Shown piece by piece: positions 60,318 through 64,000 of a DNA stretch of 64,000 bases. The notes below the pieces were generated by a model. It was given only the letters and a program-made list of their open reading frames with translations. It made no database searches and was not told the DNA's origin. The stretch lies in contig CAWAHW010000002.1 in assembly GCA_963781885.1 (NCBI GenBank), positions 1,216,001-1,280,000 of the forward strand, in the 5' to 3' direction. Made by a program: the position numbers and the translations under genes. This DNA comes from an uncultured Spirochaetota bacterium. Lineage in GTDB: Bacteria > Spirochaetota > Spirochaetia > SZUA-6 > Fen-1364. Positions within the stretch are counted from its first letter, which is position 1; each line of letters starts with the position of its first letter.

Positions 60318-61102
60318 GCCTCAAGACCTCCGTCGACGTCGCGCGCATCCGCCGCGCCTGCCGCGTCGTGGAAAAATGCTTCCATTACCTTGCCCCGTGC
60401 GTGCGTGCGGGCATCTCCACGGAAGAGCTGGAAAGGCTCGCGGGAAGATTTCTCGACGCGCAGGGCGCCCAGGCAGCCTTGCGAGGCTTCCGCGGCTTCC
60501 CCGGCTGCATCTGCACGTCCGTCAACAACGTGGCCGCGCATGGCATCCCGACGAATCGGTTGCTGGAGCCGGGTGACGTGCTCAGCATCGACATCACGGC
60601 GAGCGTCGACGGCTGGCACGGCGATGCCGCCTGGACATATCTCGTGGGAGACGCGGACCCGGACAGGCGCAGGCTGATCCGGGGGGCATGGGCGGCGACC
60701 CTCGCCGGCATCCGCGCCGCGGTGGCCGGCAATCACATCGGCGACGTGGGCGCGGCGATCCAGGAGGCCGCGCGGAGGCACGGCTGCTCCGTGATCGAGG
60801 ACTACGTCGGACACGGCATCGGCCGCGTCATGCACGAGGACCCCATGGTGCCGAACTTCGGCTCACCTGACACGGGGCCGCGCATCGTGCCCGGCATGGT
60901 GTTCACCATCGAGCCCATCCTTACCCTCGGCAAGGCCGACGTGCACGTCTCCAGCGACGGGTGGACTCTCGTAACGAGCGACGGAAGCCTCTCCGCCCAG
61001 TTCGAGCATACGATCGCCGTTTTCCGCGACTACACGGAGGTGCTCACCTTCGCCAACCGTGATCTTTTCACCTTCACCGAGCTCCCGCCTTCTCTGGTAT
61101 AG
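60302..61102 (+). CDS. map: Methionine aminopeptidase type I
   Basis: CTSVN..AHGIP, HGD, GHGIG..HEDP, TIEP, AQFEHT. Confidence 0.95.
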   Translation: MDAEISLKTSVDVARIRRACRVVEKCFHYLAPCVRAGISTEELERLAGRFLDAQGAQAALRGFRGFPGCICTSVNNVAAHGIPTNRLLEPGDVLSIDITASVDGWHGDAAWTYLVGDADPDRRRLIRGAWAATLAGIRAAVAGNHIGDVGAAIQEAARRHGCSVIEDYVGHGIGRVMHEDPMVPNFGSPDTGPRIVPGMVFTIEPILTLGKADVHVSSDGWTLVTSDGSLSAQFEHTIAVFRDYTEVLTFANRDLFTFTELPPSLV

Positions 61103-61173
61103 CGTCGGAAAAGCTTTGCGGTCTTCATGCAGAATTAACCATTTGCTCGTATATTCTGGCTAGGGATGGCACC

Positions 61174-61656
61174 ATGATCAAAATTCTGTGTCTCTGCGTT
61201 CACAATTCGGCGCGCAGTCAAATGGCGGAAGAGTATGTCCGCAAGCTCGGCGGTGACATCATCGAGGTGGAAAGCGCCGGCCTGGATCCGGGCGAGCTGA
61301 ACCCCTATGTCGTGCGCGCGCTCCGTGAAGAGGGGATCGATATTTCCGGCAAGAAGACGCAATCGGTTTTCGATCTTTCGCGTGGGGGCCGCTCGTATCG
61401 CTACGTCATCACCGTCTGCTCCAAGGACGCAGCCGAACGCTGCCCGGTATTTCCCGGCAGGTCGGAGCGCCTGCACTGGCCGTTTCCTGACCCCTCGATC
61501 TTCCAGGGCACGGACGACCAGATCATGGCACAGGTGCGTGAGGTGCGGGATTCCATCAAGGCGCGGGTCCGGGCATTCGTCGCCGACGTCCGCGCCGCGG
61601 CCGAAAGCTCCTCAGCCGGGCGCCGGCGAAGCATCCATGCGCCGCTTGACAGCTGA
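61174..61656 (+). CDS. arsC: Arsenate reductase, LMW-PTP family
   Basis: CVHNSARSQMAE, ITVC, CPVFPG, HWPFPDP. Confidence 0.88.
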   Translation: MIKILCLCVHNSARSQMAEEYVRKLGGDIIEVESAGLDPGELNPYVVRALREEGIDISGKKTQSVFDLSRGGRSYRYVITVCSKDAAERCPVFPGRSERLHWPFPDPSIFQGTDDQIMAQVREVRDSIKARVRAFVADVRAAAESSSAGRRRSIHAPLDS

Positions 61657-61674
61657 AAAAGCGGCAAGTACTGT
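61646..61674 (+). promoter_or_regulatory. Sigma70 promoter of tRNA-Thr
   Basis: TTGACA-17 bp-TACTGT. Confidence 0.6.
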
Positions 61675-61744
61675 TTCGCCATACGACGCGACGGGGGATG
61701 AATCCGCGACAGTCGAATAAAGCGATACCTCGCAGGGATTTAAC

Positions 61745-61817
61745 GCCACCTTAGCTCAACTGGCAGAGCACGTGATTTGTAATCTCGAGGTTCTCGGTTC
61801 AAGTCCGAGAGGTGGCT
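61745..61817 (+). tRNA. tRNA-Thr (TGT)
   Basis: Acceptor GCCACCT/AGGTGGC, anticodon loop TTTGTAA, T-loop GTTCAAG. Confidence 0.93.
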
Positions 61818-61976
61818 TTCGCCCATGCCGCGGCGCGTGGCTACTTGACAGAGGCGACCCGTTTTCATTATGAAATGAGGGCTCTTTGTCTTGCATAAAG
61901 TCCTTGAAAGCGGCCTCCCGCCGTCTGCTCTGCGGTCGGCTGCCGGCCTTCGGTTTTGCGCTTCGCGCAAAACCTT

Positions 61977-62058
61977 GGGGAGATTCCCGAGTGGTCAAAG
62001 GGGGCAGACTGTAAATCTGTTGGCTACGCCTTCGAAGGTTCGAATCCTTCTCTCCCCA
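61977..62058 (+). tRNA. tRNA-Tyr (GTA)
   Basis: Acceptor GGGGAGA/TCTCCCC, anticodon loop CTGTAAA, long variable arm, GTTCGAAT. Confidence 0.95.
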
Positions 62059-62060
62059 GG

Positions 62061-62091
62061 AGCCTTCTTCCCCGAGGGAAGAAGGCTTTTT
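62061..62091 (+). terminator. Rho-independent terminator after tRNA-Tyr
   Basis: agccttcttccc-cga-gggaagaaggct followed by a T run. Confidence 0.8.
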
Positions 62092-62119
62092 CTTCGCCAG
62101 CGGCCCGATGGGAGATAGG

Positions 62120-62635
62120 ATGGAAAAGCCCGACGGTTTCGCGCGCGGCGGCCTCCGATTCGAATGCACCCGCTGCTCGCAGTGCTGCCGGTACACGCCG
62201 GGGTACGTCTTTCTCTCCCCTGCGGACGTCACGACTCTCGCCCGCCGGCATGGGCTCGGGCGTGACGATTTCCTCTCCCGCTACTGTCGCGCGGTCGACT
62301 TCGGGCTCAGCCGACGCTACAGCCTCAAGGAAAAACCCAATCTCGATTGCATATTCTGGGAAAACGGGGGATGCTCGGTGTATGTGGCAAGACCTCTGCA
62401 ATGCCGCAGCTTCCCGTTCTGGAGCGCGCTCGTCACCTCGCAGGCCGAATGGGAAAACCAGGCACGGCTGTGCCCCGGGATGGGCAAGGGGCCTCTGCAC
62501 CCGTGGGGCGAGATAAAGGAATGGCTCGAGCGGCGTTTCCAGGAAGGGTTCCTCGAAGCCGATGGAGAAGAGCAGGAGAATGAAGGTCATTTTCTGGGGC
62601 GTGCGCGGTTCTCTTCCGACCCCACTGACGCCTGA
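62120..62635 (+). CDS. YkgJ-family CxxCxxCC cysteine cluster protein
   Basis: FECTRCSQCC, CIFW...CSVY..RPLQCRSFPFW, CPG. Confidence 0.88.
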   Translation: MEKPDGFARGGLRFECTRCSQCCRYTPGYVFLSPADVTTLARRHGLGRDDFLSRYCRAVDFGLSRRYSLKEKPNLDCIFWENGGCSVYVARPLQCRSFPFWSALVTSQAEWENQARLCPGMGKGPLHPWGEIKEWLERRFQEGFLEADGEEQENEGHFLGRARFSSDPTDA

Positions 62636-63521
62636 GCAGGTCAGGGGCAAGATCGCTGCGGTCGTCCAGCGCATCAGGCCCGGCGACCTTGAAAGCCAGA
62701 AAAGCCGGGAGCTCTTCCTCGCCGGCCTGCCGCCGTACCTTTTCGGCACGACGGGCGGCAATACGACCTGTCTGGAGGTGCGCACCGACGATGACCGGAT
62801 CATCATCATCGATGGGGGCACCGGTCTTCGGGACCTCGGCGTTTCGCTCCTGAAGAAGCGCGATCCAAGCACGGATTTCCCCATTTTCTTCACCCATTTC
62901 CACTGGGACCACCTTCAGGGAATTCCGTTTTTCGGTCCTGCCTGGATCAAAGGCAACCGCATCACCTTCGCAAGCCCCTTTCCGTCGATCGAGCGCACCA
63001 TCCGCGGGCAGATGAAGCCCCCGTATTTCCCCGTCACGATGGACGCGATGCAGGCGGAGATTCGTTTCGCTTATCTCCAGGGCGAAAGCGTGCGCGTGGG
63101 CTCGGCCGAGATACGCTGGAAACGGATGAATCATCCCGGCGGCTCGTTCGCCTACAAGATCATGGATGGCGGCAAGAGCGTCGTCTTCGCCACGGATTCG
63201 GAGGTCACCGACCGCGAGTTCCAGCAGAGGGAGGAGAACCGCGCCTTTTTCGAATCGGCAGACATCCTCATCCTCGATTCCCAGTACACCCTGGAGGAAT
63301 CCTTTTCCAAGTTCGACTTCGGCCATACCGCCTATACCATGGCCGTGAATCTCGCGATGGAGTGGAAAGTGAAGACGCTCGTTCTTTTCCACCACGAACC
63401 GCAATACGACGACCGCAAGCTCTTCGGGCTTGCCCGCAGCGCCGCCTGGCACAAGGAACAGCTCGGCAACGGCGCGCTGGACATCAGGACTGCCCAGGAA
63501 GGGCTGGAGCTCTCCCCGTGA
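62580..63521 (+). CDS. MBL-fold metallo-hydrolase
   Basis: FWGVRGS, GGNTTC, DGGTG, THFHWDH, HPG, FHH. Confidence 0.9.
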   Translation: MKVIFWGVRGSLPTPLTPEQVRGKIAAVVQRIRPGDLESQKSRELFLAGLPPYLFGTTGGNTTCLEVRTDDDRIIIIDGGTGLRDLGVSLLKKRDPSTDFPIFFTHFHWDHLQGIPFFGPAWIKGNRITFASPFPSIERTIRGQMKPPYFPVTMDAMQAEIRFAYLQGESVRVGSAEIRWKRMNHPGGSFAYKIMDGGKSVVFATDSEVTDREFQQREENRAFFESADILILDSQYTLEESFSKFDFGHTAYTMAVNLAMEWKVKTLVLFHHEPQYDDRKLFGLARSAAWHKEQLGNGALDIRTAQEGLELSP

Positions 63522-63700
63522 CCGGGGTCGTTCTCTCCGATCGGGAGCAGGAAGAGATCTATATCCTTCTCAAGCCCCGCGAAGATGCACTTCCCGAGCC
63601 GCTCGAAGAGGTCCTGCGAAGGATCGAGAAGGCCCTCTTCGAGCGGCTTACAATTGAAGAAATCGAGGCGTTGGCAGCCCGCTTCGACGAAGGGCGTTGA
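63518..63700 (+). CDS. Small hypothetical protein
   Basis: GTGA coupling; helical 60-aa ORF. Confidence 0.55.
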   Translation: MTGVVLSDREQEEIYILLKPREDALPEPLEEVLRRIEKALFERLTIEEIEALAARFDEGR

Positions 63701-63747
63701 TTTCCTTTTCTGGCAGGGCTATTTTGAAGTATGGCTGGGAGGTTGGA

Positions 63748-64000
63748 ATGACAAAATACTCGCGTCATGCAGTGGTCGCCGTTCTCTTTCTATTCGCTGC
63801 AGGGGCCGCAGCGTCGGCGGACAGCAGCTTTCTTGACTACACATCGCCACAATTCCTTTCCAGCGGGGAGGAATCGGCCACCGCGGAAATACCCGCGGGA
63901 ACCATTCTCAACCCAGCCATCTCCGCCGACAGGCAAAGAGTCACCTTCGATGCATCCTACATCGCGTTGACCCAGCTCACGCCTTTCGATTGGGGCGGGA
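63748..64000 (+). CDS. Secreted protein, runs off the window end
   Basis: GGAGG RBS; MTKYSRHAVVAVLFLFAAGAAASA signal peptide; open to the end. Confidence 0.65.
   Translation, partial: MTKYSRHAVVAVLFLFAAGAAASADSSFLDYTSPQFLSSGEESATAEIPAGTILNPAISADRQRVTFDASYIALTQLTPFDWGG

Noticed and set aside
62580-63521. MBL hydrolase as the off-switch for the island cyclase
   Set aside because: Over 40 kb away in core context; common family with no linking evidence

Overview
High-GC bacterial DNA, most likely a spirochaete (periplasmic-type FlaB, DUF5312-like protein, short SMC, PUR/DUF3276 protein). It has three parts. (1) 1-14.4 kb: a Liv-type ABC importer, fabG, two non-canonical FabH-like genes, a double-TetR regulator, a CoA transferase and signalling genes. 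(2) About 14.4-32.2 kb: a decayed, less GC-rich island ending at an integrase stub next to tRNA-Gly(TCC). It carries a candidate nucleotide-signalling conflict/defence locus: MerR, vWA, RyR-TPR-SLOG-like-class III cyclase and TIR-pseudokinase. A PIN remnant, a paralogous cyclase tail, a HEAT protein, a TPR-DUF4062-STAND-TPR NLR-like protein and three IS scars follow. (3) 32.4-64 kb: core genes (rnhB, smc, ffh-rpsP-khpA-rimM-trmD-rplS, coaD, rpmF-acpP-rnc, cca, flaB, glgA, map, tRNA-Thr, tRNA-Tyr). The core region holds an unexplained family of 25-bp-period hairpin repeats: an 18-unit array with compensatory stem changes upstream of ffh and a related short array at 58.3 kb. Six apparent +1 frameshifts suggest insertion-biased sequencing error rather than true pseudogenes. 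All domain calls come from reading motifs by eye; no database searches were run.
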